The notes beneath the pieces were generated by a model that was given only the letters and a program-made list of their open reading frames with translations, was not told the DNA's origin and did not search any database. Below, piece by piece: positions 50,845-62,147 of a stretch of 64,000 nucleotides of DNA; position 1 is the first letter of the stretch; each line of letters starts with the position of its first letter. Both the position numbers and the translations under genes were made by a program. The stretch comes from an uncultured delta proteobacterium (GTDB lineage: Bacteria > Myxococcota_A > Polyangia > Polyangiales > Polyangiaceae): NCBI GenBank assembly GCA_963696385.1, contig CAVOKF010000007.1, forward strand, positions 256,001 through 320,000. The letters are read 5' to 3'.

Positions 50845-51720
50845 ATGAGGCTCGTCCGCACGGTCGTCGTCGCGTTTTTTTTTCTGATGGCGACCCTGCC
50901 TCTGGCTTGGTTGGCCTTGACCTCGGTCAAGACGTACGAGGACACGATCAGCGCGCACGCGAAGTTCGTGGCATGGCCGGGTGCGGGCAGTTCCAGCCCG
51001 AGCGACGCCGAGTCCGTTCGCTTTGCGCCCACGCTCGACGCCTACCGCAACCTGTCCAAGCCGTTCGCCGGAACGCCGAACGGCTTCTACTACTACCTCG
51101 GCAACAGCATCATCATCGGCATTCTCTCGACTCTGGCGGCTGTGTGTCTCGGGACCCTCTGCGCTTACGGATTTTCACGCTTTCGCATTCCCGCCAGCAA
51201 AGACTGGCTGTTCTTCATCCTGTCGACACGCTTTTTGCCGCCGCTCGCGGTGGTGGTGCCGGTGCTCGTCATGTACCGCTGGTTTTCCCTCGAGAACACG
51301 CACCTCGGACTCGTTTTGCTGTATACGAGCTTCAACCTGTCGCTCGCGGTGTGGCTCATGAAGGGATTCGTCGACGAGATTCCGCGGGCCTTCGAGGAGG
51401 CCGCCCTGGTGGATGGGTACTCACGACTGCGGACGTTCGTGCGCATCATCGTCCCTCAGGCGTCGACGGGGATGGCGGTGACGGGCGTGTTCTGCCTGAT
51501 TTCGTCGTGGAACGAGTTCGGTTTCGCGATGACGCTCAACAACACCGAAGCCAGGACCGTGCCGGTCTACTTTGCCGGCTTGCAAGGCAACATCGAAGGC
51601 GTTCCGTGGCCCCAGATCGCGGCGGGAATGATGATTTTCGTGGCGCCCATCGTGGTGTTTACGATACTGGTGCGCCGCCACCTGTTGCGCGGGGTGACGT
51701 TTGGGACCATCAAACAGTAG
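50845..51720 (+). CDS. Sugar ABC transporter permease
   Basis: NSIII, AYGFSR, LPP.AV..P, IP..FEEAALVDG, WNEF. Confidence 0.93.
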   Translation: MRLVRTVVVAFFFLMATLPLAWLALTSVKTYEDTISAHAKFVAWPGAGSSSPSDAESVRFAPTLDAYRNLSKPFAGTPNGFYYYLGNSIIIGILSTLAAVCLGTLCAYGFSRFRIPASKDWLFFILSTRFLPPLAVVVPVLVMYRWFSLENTHLGLVLLYTSFNLSLAVWLMKGFVDEIPRAFEEAALVDGYSRLRTFVRIIVPQASTGMAVTGVFCLISSWNEFGFAMTLNNTEARTVPVYFAGLQGNIEGVPWPQIAAGMMIFVAPIVVFTILVRRHLLRGVTFGTIKQ

Positions 51721-51739
51721 GCGCGGGGACCGAATCATC

Positions 51740-51952
51740 GTGGGTCTCGATCGTGCGGCGATCGGCGGACTGGCGTCCGGCCTTGCGATGTACGTGATGC
51801 CGCTTTGGCGCGAGGGACGTCTCCGCTGGGCGTTCTGGTTGACGCTGGTTTCTACCCTGCTGCACGTTTACACTTCCCACAGGCGGGGCAAGGTGGAAAC
51901 GTCCCGCCTGTCGGTGGCGAGCGCCGCGGAGCAGCCGGGTGCCGGGGCATGA
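51740..51952 (+). CDS. Small two-TM membrane protein inside the ABC operon
   Basis: 70-aa ORF with two hydrophobic segments filling the permease-ATPase gap. Confidence 0.5.
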   Translation: MGLDRAAIGGLASGLAMYVMPLWREGRLRWAFWLTLVSTLLHVYTSHRRGKVETSRLSVASAAEQPGAGA

Positions 51953-51989
51953 CGAGCCACCTCCGGACGACCGAACGACAGGGACGCCC

Positions 51990-53054
51990 GTGAGCTTTCT
52001 CGCCCTCGAACGCCTTCACAAGAGGTACGGCGACGGAACGCACGCCGTCCGCGGAATCGATCTGTCCGTCGAAAAGGGCGAGCTCATCGTGTTGCTGGGG
52101 CCTTCGGGGTGCGGAAAGACGACCACCTTGCGCATGGTTGCCGGGCTGGAGCTCGCCACAGGCGGAACCATCCGCTTGGACGGCAACGACGTCACCGAGC
52201 TGCGTCCGTCGCGACGCGACGTGGGGATGGTGTTCCAGTTCTACGCCCTGTATCCGCACCTCACCGTGCGCGACAACATCGCGTTTCCACTGCGCGCGGC
52301 GGGAGTGTCGCCGTCCGAGATACGGCGCCGCGTCGAAGCGGTCGCCAGGCGCATGGATCTCGGCAAGCGGCTCTCCAGCTATCCGAGACAGCTCTCCGGC
52401 GGCGATCAGCAGAAGGTGTCGCTCGCCCGCGCCATCGTCCGGCGACCGGCCCTCTACTTGATGGACGAGCCGCTCGGGACGCTCGACGCCGACCAGAGAC
52501 TCGTCATGCGGGAGCTCATTCGTGCCGAACAAATGGCATCGAAGGTCACGACCCTCTACGTGACCCACGACCAGGAAGAGGCGATGAGCCTTGCGGACCG
52601 AATCGTGGTGATGGACGGGGGGCGCATTCGTCAAGTCGGTACGCCGGCCGACGTCTACGATCGGCCCGCCGACCTGTTCGTGGCGGCGTTCGTCGGAAGT
52701 CCGAGCATGAACTTCATTTCAGGCCAGGTGGAAGGCGGTCCCGGCAAGGCGACGTTCGTGTCCCAGTCGGGACAGGTACACATCGACCTTCCCCTCGTCG
52801 AGCCGTGTGGACACGCCCTCTTGGGCATTCGTTGCGAGCACGTTTACGAGGCGCCCGACGGCCCCATGGTCGGCAACGTTCTGACCGAAGAGTATCTGGG
52901 GAACGCAAGTCACGTCCACGTGCAGACGGATGTGGGGCGGCTCATCCTGCGCGCCGCCCAGGGGCCTATGCGCCCGCGGGGCTCCGAAATGCGGCTGCGG
53001 CTGGATCCGGCGCAGATCTCGGTGTTCGACGCGGCAACGGAGAAGCGTCTGTGA
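51990..53054 (+). CDS. Sugar ABC transporter ATP-binding protein
   Basis: [36 protein letters not shown]. Confidence 0.95.
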   Translation: MSFLALERLHKRYGDGTHAVRGIDLSVEKGELIVLLGPSGCGKTTTLRMVAGLELATGGTIRLDGNDVTELRPSRRDVGMVFQFYALYPHLTVRDNIAFPLRAAGVSPSEIRRRVEAVARRMDLGKRLSSYPRQLSGGDQQKVSLARAIVRRPALYLMDEPLGTLDADQRLVMRELIRAEQMASKVTTLYVTHDQEEAMSLADRIVVMDGGRIRQVGTPADVYDRPADLFVAAFVGSPSMNFISGQVEGGPGKATFVSQSGQVHIDLPLVEPCGHALLGIRCEHVYEAPDGPMVGNVLTEEYLGNASHVHVQTDVGRLILRAAQGPMRPRGSEMRLRLDPAQISVFDAATEKRL

Positions 53055-54292
53055 GGTCCGGGGCTCTCGCGGGTGCGAGCGGATCGGCGGACGCCGGCGT
53101 GGCCGGGACATCGGCGGCTGCCGCGCCCGCGCCCGCCTCGCCGTTTCTAACCGTTTGCGGCCTGTCGAAGCGCTTCGGGCGCACCCAGGCGTTGGTCGAC
53201 GTCCACCTGGAGGCGCGCGCCGACGAACTGCTCGTCGTGCTCGGTCCGACCGGCGCGGGAAAGACGACGTTGCTCCGAGCCATCGCGGGGCTGGAGGCGC
53301 CCGAGGCCGGATCGATCCTCATGGCGGGGAAGGATGTCACGGCCCTGGCTCCGGCCGAGCGGGACGTGGCGCTGGTGTTCCAGAATTTCTCGCTTTACCC
53401 CCGGTGGACCGTCCGCCGAAACCTCGAGTTTCCGCTGCGGGCTCCCGGCCGGCGCGTGGCCGAGGCGGAAATTCAACGCCGCGTCGGCTGGGCCGCGGAT
53501 CTACTCGAGATCACGCGCCTTCTCGATCGGGAGGCGTCGCGGCTGTCGGGGGGCGAGATGCAGCGGGTGGCGATCGGCCGTGCGATCGTGCGCCGTCCCC
53601 GTCTGTTCTTGATGGACGAGCCGCTCACCAACCTGGACGCGAAGTTGCGCGAAGCCTTGCGCGTGGAACTGGTCGAACTGCGGCGGGAGCTACGGACGCC
53701 GATGGTCTTCGTCACCCACGACCAGGCCGAGGCCCTGTCGATGGCCGATCGAATCGTCGTGCTGTCCGAAGGACGCATGCTTCAGACCGGCACACCGCGC
53801 GAAATTTACGAACGGCCCGTCTCGCCCGTCGTGGCGCTGCAGCTGGGTCAGCCCGCCATCAATCTGATCCGGGTGCGTCGTGTCGAGGGCCATTGGGTGG
53901 CCGCCGACGGGACTTCGCTCATGCCCGCCGAATCCGCCGTAGACGGCGAGCGGCTGCTCGGCATTCGCCCCGAGAACATCGCCGTGGGCGGGTCCGAGAC
54001 CGGCGGCCCGGGTGCGCCCGGTCCGCGCGATGCCGTGGTCGAAATCGTCGAGTACGTCGGCCCGAGCACCACGCTCTTGTGCGCTTGGGCGGGCGCTCGT
54101 ATTCACATCGTCGTCCCGCGCCGCGGTGCGATTCGCCCCGGCGATCGCGTCATCCCGCGCATCGACGCGGCCCGAGCGGTGCTCTTCGACGTCGCTTCCG
54201 AACCGACTCACCGTCGCTCGCAGGGGGAGCCCCGGTCGCCGCCTTCGCCGCCCACGTTGCCCGTACTCCCGTCGAAAGGAGATTTCGCATGA
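53051..54292 (+). CDS. Sugar ABC transporter ATP-binding protein (second)
   Basis: [36 protein letters not shown] overlap. Confidence 0.93.
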   Translation: MRSGALAGASGSADAGVAGTSAAAAPAPASPFLTVCGLSKRFGRTQALVDVHLEARADELLVVLGPTGAGKTTLLRAIAGLEAPEAGSILMAGKDVTALAPAERDVALVFQNFSLYPRWTVRRNLEFPLRAPGRRVAEAEIQRRVGWAADLLEITRLLDREASRLSGGEMQRVAIGRAIVRRPRLFLMDEPLTNLDAKLREALRVELVELRRELRTPMVFVTHDQAEALSMADRIVVLSEGRMLQTGTPREIYERPVSPVVALQLGQPAINLIRVRRVEGHWVAADGTSLMPAESAVDGERLLGIRPENIAVGGSETGGPGAPGPRDAVVEIVEYVGPSTTLLCAWAGARIHIVVPRRGAIRPGDRVIPRIDAARAVLFDVASEPTHRRSQGEPRSPPSPPTLPVLPSKGDFA

Positions 54293-55530
54293 ATGCACGA
54301 GCCTTTCAACCACAGTTCATGAAGATGAGCGTGCTCACGGCCGCGCTCCAGGAGCTCACGCCGCGCGCCGTGCGCGACGCGGACCCCGACAAGGCCATCG
54401 AGGACTGGTTGGATTTTGCGCGCGAGATGGATTGTCCCAATATCCAGATCTCGGCGGCCCTTCATCCCTCCGAGGCCGACGTCCCACCGGAAGCCATGCT
54501 GGATCCGGTGGCCAACACGCTCGATTTGCGCAAGCCGTTCGACAAGGCCCGCGCGAAGCGCGTCCTCGCCGCCATGGACGCGACCGGCGTCGGCGTCACG
54601 GACATCGCCTTCTTCGACAACTTGCTCCATGACGACAACGATTTGCGGAAGAAAAAGCACGATTTCGTCCTGCGCATGCTCGACGCCGCCGCCGCTCTCG
54701 GGCTCAAAGCGGTCTGCGGCTTCATCGGCCGCAACCAGAAGCTGTCGATGGACGGCAACCTGCTTTTCTTCGAGGAGGTATTCATCCCGTTGCTCAAGCA
54801 GGCGAAGGCGCGCGGCATCGAGTATCGAGTCGAACAGTGCCCGATGCCGGGCTGGACCATCGGCGACTCGTTTCACAACAATATCGGTTACACGCCCGCC
54901 TTGTGGATTGCTTTGCACAGGATTTGCGCAAAGCACGGCGTCGGCGACCAACTCCGCGTCCACTACGATCCTTCGCACGCGATCCTCATGGGTCAGGACA
55001 CGCGGTCGATTTTTCAGTACCTGAAAGACAGCGGGTACGATTTCATCGTCGGCGGCTTTCACGTCAAAGGGCAAGTCATCGATCCGAAGGGCGTCGCCGC
55101 CTGGGGCTACGGCGGGCAGACCGTCGAGCGGGGAGACTGGAAGGGGGGCCAGCCCTCGTCGAATCCGGCGGATCACGGCAATGCGTGGAAGAAGCAAACC
55201 GTGCTGTGCGAACACGAGCTTCCCGGGACGGCCAAGCACGACCCGCTCGGCTACTTGCAGAACCGCACCGTCGATTGGCTGGATCACCAGCTGGCCGCAC
55301 GCGAATTGCTGAAGCTCGACATCGCGAACACGGCGCTCGTCATCGAGCACGAATACCCTCGCGCCCGCATCCAGGACAAGGCGCGCCTGAAGCCGATTCT
55401 GCAGGGGTCGATCGCGTTTGCGCGCAAGATCGACGAGGCCGCCGCCTGCATGTTTGCACTTCACCACGAGGTGCTTCCCGCGCAAAACATTCCGGTTCAG
55501 GGGCGCGGGCGCGTTCCGTACTGGACCTAA
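54289..55530 (+). CDS. Sugar phosphate isomerase/epimerase (xylose isomerase-like TIM barrel)
   Basis: [42 protein letters not shown]. Confidence 0.85.
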   Translation: MNARAFQPQFMKMSVLTAALQELTPRAVRDADPDKAIEDWLDFAREMDCPNIQISAALHPSEADVPPEAMLDPVANTLDLRKPFDKARAKRVLAAMDATGVGVTDIAFFDNLLHDDNDLRKKKHDFVLRMLDAAAALGLKAVCGFIGRNQKLSMDGNLLFFEEVFIPLLKQAKARGIEYRVEQCPMPGWTIGDSFHNNIGYTPALWIALHRICAKHGVGDQLRVHYDPSHAILMGQDTRSIFQYLKDSGYDFIVGGFHVKGQVIDPKGVAAWGYGGQTVERGDWKGGQPSSNPADHGNAWKKQTVLCEHELPGTAKHDPLGYLQNRTVDWLDHQLAARELLKLDIANTALVIEHEYPRARIQDKARLKPILQGSIAFARKIDEAAACMFALHHEVLPAQNIPVQGRGRVPYWT

Positions 55531-55547
55531 CGAATAGGAGCCGGCTC

Positions 55548-56690
55548 ATGACGAAGCGAAAACTCAACGTCGCATTGATCGGTTACGACTTCATGGGCCG
55601 CGTGCATTCGAACGCCTGGCGCCAGGTCGCCCACTTCTTCAAGGACGTGCCCTTCGAGCCCGTGCTCAAGGTGGTGGTCGGACGAACCGAAGCCAAAGTG
55701 GTCGAGGCTCGCGACCGCCTGGGGTTCGAGCAATGCGCCACACGCTGGCAGAACGTGATGGATCGCCGGGACATCGACGTCGTCGACATCTGCACGCCGG
55801 GAGACGCTCATGCCGAGATTGCCGTCGCCGCGGCCAAGGCGCGAAAGGCGATTCTGTGCGAAAAGCCATTGGCCAATAGCGTCGCCGACGCCGAGAGGAT
55901 GCTCGCCGCCGTCAACGAGGCCGGCGTCGTCCACATGCTGTGCCACAACTACCGCCGTTGCCCTGCGGTGGTGTTGGCCAAGCAGATCCTCGACGAGGGA
56001 CAGATCGGCGAGATCCACCATTACCGCGGAGTGTATCTTCAGGACTGGGTCGTCGACCCCACCTTCCCGCTCGTCTGGCGCTTGGACAAATCCCGAGCCG
56101 GCTCCGGGTCGCTCGGCGACCTCGTGTCGCATACGCTCGACCTGTCGCGCTATCTGGTCGGCGAACCCATCGAGGTGTCCGGCTTGACGAAGACGTTCGT
56201 GCCCGAGCGGCCGCTGCCGGATGACCCCGCCCAACGGGGCAAGGTCACCGTCGACGACTCGGCGCAGGCCCTCGTGAAGTTCGCGAACGGGGCCGTCGGC
56301 TACTACGAGGGGACGCGGTTCGCGCCCGGCCGAAAAAACTACAATCGCTTCGAGATCAACGGATCCAAAGGAAGCGTCGCTTGGGATCTGGAACGGATGA
56401 ACGAACTCGACGTCTACATCGAGCAGGGCCCGCTCAGCGGCTTTCGCACGATCTCGGTGACGAACGCCAAGCACCCCTACATTTCCGCGTGGTGGCCGCC
56501 CGGCCACATCCTTGGCTTCGAGCACTCCTTCATCCATACGGTCTACGATTTCATCCGCGCGATCGCGGACGGAAAGCCACCGCGGCCGAACTTCGAGGAC
56601 GGCCTTCAAAATCAACGCGTTCTCGACGCCATCGAACGATCGGCGACCACCGGGCAATGGCAGAAGATCGCCGAAAGGACACTCGGATGA
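55548..56690 (+). CDS. Gfo/Idh/MocA NAD(P)-dependent oxidoreductase
   Basis: [39 protein letters not shown]. Confidence 0.94.
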   Translation: MTKRKLNVALIGYDFMGRVHSNAWRQVAHFFKDVPFEPVLKVVVGRTEAKVVEARDRLGFEQCATRWQNVMDRRDIDVVDICTPGDAHAEIAVAAAKARKAILCEKPLANSVADAERMLAAVNEAGVVHMLCHNYRRCPAVVLAKQILDEGQIGEIHHYRGVYLQDWVVDPTFPLVWRLDKSRAGSGSLGDLVSHTLDLSRYLVGEPIEVSGLTKTFVPERPLPDDPAQRGKVTVDDSAQALVKFANGAVGYYEGTRFAPGRKNYNRFEINGSKGSVAWDLERMNELDVYIEQGPLSGFRTISVTNAKHPYISAWWPPGHILGFEHSFIHTVYDFIRAIADGKPPRPNFEDGLQNQRVLDAIERSATTGQWQKIAERTLG

Positions 56691-58012
56691 CGATTCGAAT
56701 GAAATCGACCCTGGCGGCCACGGGCCTGGGCCTGGCGACGATCCTCTTCGGGACAGCCCCGGCCCGCGCGGACATCCCGTTGGGCGAATACGCCGGCTGG
56801 CACCTGAGCACCGATGGTCGCGTGAACCTCTTCATCAGCGTGGCGGAAGGCAACGGGGAACCCACGCAGGAACCCGATCTTCTGGGCGCGGGCACGGAAG
56901 ACACGTCGACCGCGGACAATGGGCTGCATTCCACGCGAATCCGGAACGGCTTTTTCATGAGCGTCCTGGGTTTCACCGGGTACAAGGAGATCAGCCAAGA
57001 CTTCAAAGTGACCGCGCGGATCGGGATATGGATGAACGCTTCGGGCACCCGCACCCAGAACTTCGCCGGGGAGGTCGATCCCCGAGAGCTGTACGCCAAA
57101 ATCGAGGGCCGCTGGGGCAGTGTGACGGCCGGGAGCGACTTCGAGATTTTTGCCAAAGGAGGGATGCTGGTCGACATGAAGATCGCGCACGAGTACGGGC
57201 TCGGGTATCCGTGCAGCATCCTGGATGCGTCGGGCGGCGCATGCGGGATGGTGGGATTCGGTGCGCCCTTTCCGGGGTGGAACCCCGGCTTCGTCTATGC
57301 GACGCCGAGCCTGGCCGGCTTCCAGCTCTCCCTCGGAGTCTACGATCCGGCAACCGTCGACAACGCCGCTCTGGATCGGGCGCCTTTGCCCCGGTTCGAC
57401 GGCGAACTGAAGTACGACTACAAAGACGCCATTCACGTATTCGGCAGTGGTTTTTGGCAGGTACTGCAAGGTACCTATCAGAATACGGCCAACGGGGGGG
57501 AGACGGACGTCAGTGTCAATGGGTGGGGCGTTCAGGCCGGCGCGATGGTGTCGCTCGGCCCGATCATGCTGGGAGGTGCCGCGTACGAGGGGGCCGGCAT
57601 CGACCCGATCTCCGCCCTGGACGACAGCTCGCTGACCGCGGATTCCTCCGGCGTTCTGCGCGATTCCCGCGGAGCGTTCGGGTTGGGAGCGGTTTTGATC
57701 GACCCCTTGAGATTGAAGATCGCCGGCGGCATGGGGGTGTTCCATCTCGACAAGAACAAGGACGACGCGGGCTTCATGGCCAGCAATGGATCGCCCACGA
57801 ATCCCTCGTTGGTCGAGCAGAATCTGGGATGGACCGTGGGGCTCTACCAGACGACGGCGCCCATCCACTTCGCTCTCGAATACTTTCGCGCGCAATCCAC
57901 CTGGTACCCTTACGGTGTGCCGAGCACCACCAATCCGATGCAGACGATCGGCGAAGTGATTCCGCAGCAGACCATCAACTTCATCAACGCCGGCATGACG
58001 GTCGCATGGTGA
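56687..58012 (+). CDS. Porin (Gram-negative, myxobacterial type), copy 1
   Basis: Signal peptide; TDGRVN.F, RIRNGF..S.LGF, RE.YAKIEG.WG, YPC...CGMVGFG; C-terminal Trp. Confidence 0.75.
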   Translation: MTIRMKSTLAATGLGLATILFGTAPARADIPLGEYAGWHLSTDGRVNLFISVAEGNGEPTQEPDLLGAGTEDTSTADNGLHSTRIRNGFFMSVLGFTGYKEISQDFKVTARIGIWMNASGTRTQNFAGEVDPRELYAKIEGRWGSVTAGSDFEIFAKGGMLVDMKIAHEYGLGYPCSILDASGGACGMVGFGAPFPGWNPGFVYATPSLAGFQLSLGVYDPATVDNAALDRAPLPRFDGELKYDYKDAIHVFGSGFWQVLQGTYQNTANGGETDVSVNGWGVQAGAMVSLGPIMLGGAAYEGAGIDPISALDDSSLTADSSGVLRDSRGAFGLGAVLIDPLRLKIAGGMGVFHLDKNKDDAGFMASNGSPTNPSLVEQNLGWTVGLYQTTAPIHFALEYFRAQSTWYPYGVPSTTNPMQTIGEVIPQQTINFINAGMTVAW

Positions 58013-58105
58013 GAGGGGCGGGCTCGGGAGTTGCCGCGCCTCGGTGGCCACTCGGCGCGGGCGCCGCGGCTCGAGCCTCGGGCAAAAACTCGCCGTGAGG
58101 AACGG

Positions 58106-59431
58106 ATGTCGCCAGGAACGAGATCGAGGCTGGCAGCCGCCGGCCTGGCTCTGGCGATGGGGATTCTCGGACCGATCCGATCGGACGCCGAGATCCCGCT
58201 CGGGCAAGCTGCGGGCTGGCACTTCAGCACCGACGGTCGCGTCAATGCCTTCCTCAGCGTGGCGGCGGGCACCGGGCTTCCAGCTCAGGAGCAGGCCGTT
58301 CTGGGGGCAGGAACGGCCGACACCCCGACCTCCATGAATGGGCTGACCGCAACGCGAATCCGCAACGGATTGCTCACGAGCATTCTCGGCTTCACGGGAA
58401 CCAAGGAAGTCAGCCCGAACTTCAAAGTGACGGCACGGATCGCGCTGTGGATGAACATCTCCGGCAGTCGCACGCAGAACGTCGCCGGGGACGTGGATCC
58501 CAGAGAGGTGTATGCCAAGATCGAAGGCCGGTGGGGCAGTCTGCTGGCCGGCAGCGACAACGACCTGTCTCGAGGAGGAACGCTGGTCGACATGCGAATC
58601 GCCCATGAATACGGCCTCGGATATCCGTGCGCGACCCGGGATGCGTCGGGCACCGGGTGCGGCATGGTGGGTTTCGGCGCGCCCTTTCCGTGGTTCGATC
58701 CCGGCTTCGTCTATTCGACGCCCGATCTGAGGGGCCTGCAGCTTTCCCTTGGAATCTACGATCCCGCGACGGTCGACAACGGCAAGCTGGATCGCACCCC
58801 TCTGCCCCGAGTCGAGGGGGAAGCGAATTTCGACTTCCGTGAGAGGATCCACGTATTTGCCAGTGGCTTTTGGCAAGTGATGGAAGGAACCGTCCAAGAA
58901 GTGGATGCGGCCGGGATGCAGGTGGCGGAGGATCTTCACACCAACGCCTGGGGCGCTCAGGCCGGCGGGATGGTGACCTTTGGGCCCATCCAGCTGGGAG
59001 GCGCCGCATGCGGGGGGACCGGTTACAGCCCGCTCGCCGCTCAGAGTGCACTGACCGCCGACACCCATGGAGTGTTGCGCCATTCGCGGGGCGCTTTTGG
59101 GCTGGGAGCCGTGTCGATCGACGCCTTGAGGCTGAAAGTGGCGGGCGGTCTGGGGGTCTGGCACCTCGACAAGAACAAGGACGAGGTGGGCACCATGAGC
59201 TCCACCGGAGCCCCCACGAACCCCCAGCTGCTCGAACAGAACTTCGGGTGGACCGTGGGCCTGTACCAGACGACCGGTCCCGTGCACTTCGCCCTCGAGT
59301 ACTTCCGCGCGGACTCGACGTGGTACCCTTTGGGCGTGGCGAGTGCGACCGATCCGATGGTCACGGTCGGCGTCTTGACTCCCCATCAGGCGGTGAACTT
59401 CGCCAACGCCGGCCTGACTGTCGTGTGGTGA
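58106..59431 (+). CDS. Porin, copy 2 (tandem paralog)
   Basis: Colinear similarity to 56687-58012 over its whole length. Confidence 0.75.
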   Translation: MSPGTRSRLAAAGLALAMGILGPIRSDAEIPLGQAAGWHFSTDGRVNAFLSVAAGTGLPAQEQAVLGAGTADTPTSMNGLTATRIRNGLLTSILGFTGTKEVSPNFKVTARIALWMNISGSRTQNVAGDVDPREVYAKIEGRWGSLLAGSDNDLSRGGTLVDMRIAHEYGLGYPCATRDASGTGCGMVGFGAPFPWFDPGFVYSTPDLRGLQLSLGIYDPATVDNGKLDRTPLPRVEGEANFDFRERIHVFASGFWQVMEGTVQEVDAAGMQVAEDLHTNAWGAQAGGMVTFGPIQLGGAACGGTGYSPLAAQSALTADTHGVLRHSRGAFGLGAVSIDALRLKVAGGLGVWHLDKNKDEVGTMSSTGAPTNPQLLEQNFGWTVGLYQTTGPVHFALEYFRADSTWYPLGVASATDPMVTVGVLTPHQAVNFANAGLTVVW

Positions 59432-59442
59432 TCGTCCACGGC

Positions 59443-61137
59443 ATGAAGCTTCGGGTTTCGATCCATCTCGGGCTCTTGCCTCGCGCGGCGTTCGCGATCC
59501 TTGCCGTGGCAGCCGTGGCGCTCGGCGGGTGCAGGACGAAATCCGCCCACGGCGGCACCGATCGGGGGGCCGCCCTTCCGGACCCGGACGGCGGCGGAGA
59601 ACTGGTCGCGATTTCCGTCCCCGAGGGTGGAGCCGGTGCTCATGCCGCCGCCCCGATCCTGCACGCGGTCGCGCTCATCACGCCGGTGATGAACATCCCC
59701 GAGTGGGCGCCGCACGATGGGTCGAGGGCGAGCGACGAGCGCAAGGGCGCCGTGCGCCTGGGCTATCTCCGCAAAGGCGACAGGGTCGCGGTCAAGCCGC
59801 AGATGGTGAGAAAGCCGAACTGCCCGGAGGGCTGGTACGAGCTGCTGGCCCCGCCGGGGAGCCCTGCGGGGACCACGGGCGGGTTCGTGTGCGGCAAGCA
59901 CGCCACCCTCGATCCCGACGACAAGGAGCTCGCCAGCTCGCCACGCGCGCCGAACATGACCGGACCCTTGCCGTACGACTACGGACTGAACCTCGTCGAC
60001 GGCGCCCCCCTGTACCGACGCCCACCGCTGCGCCGGGAGCGCAAGCAGTACGAAAGCGGACTCGCTGTGGGGCGCGCGTACCGCAAGAAGGACGGAGACG
60101 ACGGTGCCGCCGCGCCCGAAGCCACGGGTTCGCACGACGAGGACCCTTCGGCCTGGTACCTCGCGCACAAGGGCCGTTCGCAGATCTCGATGGACGATTT
60201 GAAGGGCGAGACGTCCCTCATCGTGCAGCGCATGGTCAAGGGCTTCTACCTGGGGCTCGACAAGGAGGTCCACGCCTTCTCCGGCACCTTCTGGCGGACG
60301 ACGCGCGGCATGTTCGTGCCGAAGGAGCACGTCTTGGTGCACGACCCGAAGGTCGAGTTCGAGGGCGTGTGGCTCAACGCGCCGGGAGAGACGCGCCACC
60401 TGCCGCTCGGCTGGATCACCAACCCGCACCCTTGGAAGTACGCCCTCGACGACGACTCGAAGATGCACCGGCGCGAGCACGTCGACCGCTTCACCATCGT
60501 GCAGCTCACGGGCAAAAAGGGCACCTTCGAAGACAAGACGTACTGGGAAACGGCCGAAGGCTGGTGGATGCGTGCGATGGACGGCACGATGACGAACCCC
60601 GGCCCCCCGCCCAAGAGCCTCGCCTCCGGCGAGAGATGGATCGACGTGAACCTCGGGCTGCAGAGCCTCGTCGCGTTCGAGGGCGACAAACCGGTGTTTG
60701 CGACGATCGTCTCGACCGGCCGGCACAACGACGACCCCGTCCAGGACCATCGCACTCGCCCGGGCGAGTTCCGTGTTCGCGAGAAGCACATCTCGGCGAC
60801 GATGGACAACGACACCGCGACGGACGGGCCGTACTCGATCGAGGACGTCCCCTGGATCATGTACTTCGACGGGAGCACGGCGCTGCACGGCGCATTCTGG
60901 CACTCACGCTTCGGCCACGAGCGCAGCCACGGCTGCGTGAACATGACGCCGCACGATGCTCATGAGCTGTTCGGCTGGGTGGGCCCGAAGCTGCCGGAGG
61001 GCTGGCACGGCGTGCGCGCCACGGATGCGAATGCGGGGACACGCGTCGTCGTTCACGACAACGACAAGACCGCCGAGGAATCGAAAAAGGACGACGACGC
61101 CAAGGACCCGGGCGCGAAGGACGCATCGGCTCGGTAG
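59443..61137 (+). CDS. L,D-transpeptidase (YkuD) family lipoprotein
   Basis: LGGC lipobox; WIDVNL..Q.L.A.EG..PV.AT.VSTG; ALHGAFWH..FG...SHGCVN. Confidence 0.92.
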   Translation: MKLRVSIHLGLLPRAAFAILAVAAVALGGCRTKSAHGGTDRGAALPDPDGGGELVAISVPEGGAGAHAAAPILHAVALITPVMNIPEWAPHDGSRASDERKGAVRLGYLRKGDRVAVKPQMVRKPNCPEGWYELLAPPGSPAGTTGGFVCGKHATLDPDDKELASSPRAPNMTGPLPYDYGLNLVDGAPLYRRPPLRRERKQYESGLAVGRAYRKKDGDDGAAAPEATGSHDEDPSAWYLAHKGRSQISMDDLKGETSLIVQRMVKGFYLGLDKEVHAFSGTFWRTTRGMFVPKEHVLVHDPKVEFEGVWLNAPGETRHLPLGWITNPHPWKYALDDDSKMHRREHVDRFTIVQLTGKKGTFEDKTYWETAEGWWMRAMDGTMTNPGPPPKSLASGERWIDVNLGLQSLVAFEGDKPVFATIVSTGRHNDDPVQDHRTRPGEFRVREKHISATMDNDTATDGPYSIEDVPWIMYFDGSTALHGAFWHSRFGHERSHGCVNMTPHDAHELFGWVGPKLPEGWHGVRATDANAGTRVVVHDNDKTAEESKKDDDAKDPGAKDASAR

Positions 61138-61165
61138 GGGGCCGAGGCCGGGCTGCGCCCGTAGC

Positions 61166-61196
61166 GAAAAGAAAGCTGCCGCCTCTTTCGAGGCGG
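61166..61196 (-). terminator. Intrinsic terminator (minus strand, after the SDR gene)
   Basis: Stem CCGCCTC-TTTC-GAGGCGG next to an A-rich run (U-rich on the minus strand), between convergent genes. Confidence 0.6.
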
Positions 61197-61229
61197 GCGC
61201 CGCGCGTCCCAGCGTTCAGCTCGTTGCTC

Positions 61230-61997
61230 TCACCGCTGCCGCGCCGCGACCTCCGCCTCGAAGGCCTCCGGGTCGCGCTGGTACCGAGCGATGGTCTCCG
61301 CGATGAAGGGGCTGGTGTACGCCTCGGGCTTGGGGTTCTCGATGACGGCGACGATGGCCTTGGCGGCCGCCCCGACGGGCTGCGCGCCAGGCAGGTTGCG
61401 GTTGTCCACACCGCCGCCGAGCGAGTTGCGGCCGAAGTCCGTCGCGACGACGCCGGGCAGCACCACCGTGACGTGGATGCCGGGATGCGTCGCGTAGAGC
61501 TCGACGCGAAGCGACGCGCTCAGCATGTTCATGGCGCTCTTGACCGCGCCGTAGGCCGCCCGCGCGGGGGCGAGCGGCGCACGCGAGAGGCCGCTCGAGA
61601 CGTTGACAATCTGACCCTCCTTGCGCGACTTGAAGTGCGGCAGCACGGCCTGGATACCGTAGAGGACGCTCTTCATGTTGTCGCGCCACATCGCGTCCAT
61701 GTCGTCGTCGGTGAGCTCGGCGACGGCACGCGAGATGCCGCGCCCGGCGTTGTTGACCCAGACATCGACGTGCCCGAAGCGGTCCAGGGCCGCGCTGCAC
61801 AAGCAATCGACGTCGCTGCGCTTCGTGACGTCCGTGACGACCGCGAGCGCGCCCTCGCCGATCTCCGCGGCGAGTGTGTCGAGCTCCGCCTTCCTGCGCG
61901 CCGCGAGGACGACCTTGGCGCCCCTGGCCGCGAGCTGCTTCGCGAGCTCGGCCCCAATGCCCGCGCTGGCGCCCGTGATGACGACGACCTTGTCCAT
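61230..61997 (-). CDS. SDR-family oxidoreductase
   Basis: ITGASAGIG, VWVNNAG, VNVSS, YGAVK (YxxxK), PG.VATDF. Confidence 0.94.
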   Translation of the reverse strand: MDKVVVITGASAGIGAELAKQLAARGAKVVLAARRKAELDTLAAEIGEGALAVVTDVTKRSDVDCLCSAALDRFGHVDVWVNNAGRGISRAVAELTDDDMDAMWRDNMKSVLYGIQAVLPHFKSRKEGQIVNVSSGLSRAPLAPARAAYGAVKSAMNMLSASLRVELYATHPGIHVTVVLPGVVATDFGRNSLGGGVDNRNLPGAQPVGAAAKAIVAVIENPKPEAYTSPFIAETIARYQRDPEAFEAEVAARQR

Positions 61998-62147
61998 GCA
62001 GGACACGCTACCACTGGGGGTCGGCGAGCGTCACCGGGGGCTCGAACGGCCTCGAGAGCGGGTCGCTCACGAGGCTCGCCGCGCGGCAGCGCGCACTCGC
62101 TCGCTCGGGGGCGCGAACTGAAATGGGGAATCACCGACATCGGCTCG

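Noticed and set aside
56612..60903. Long antisense ORFs (e.g. 56612..59386, 59386..60903; also 21166..23235, 38616..40370)
   Set aside because: Shadow ORFs opposite well-supported genes in high-GC DNA, with no recognisable motifs.
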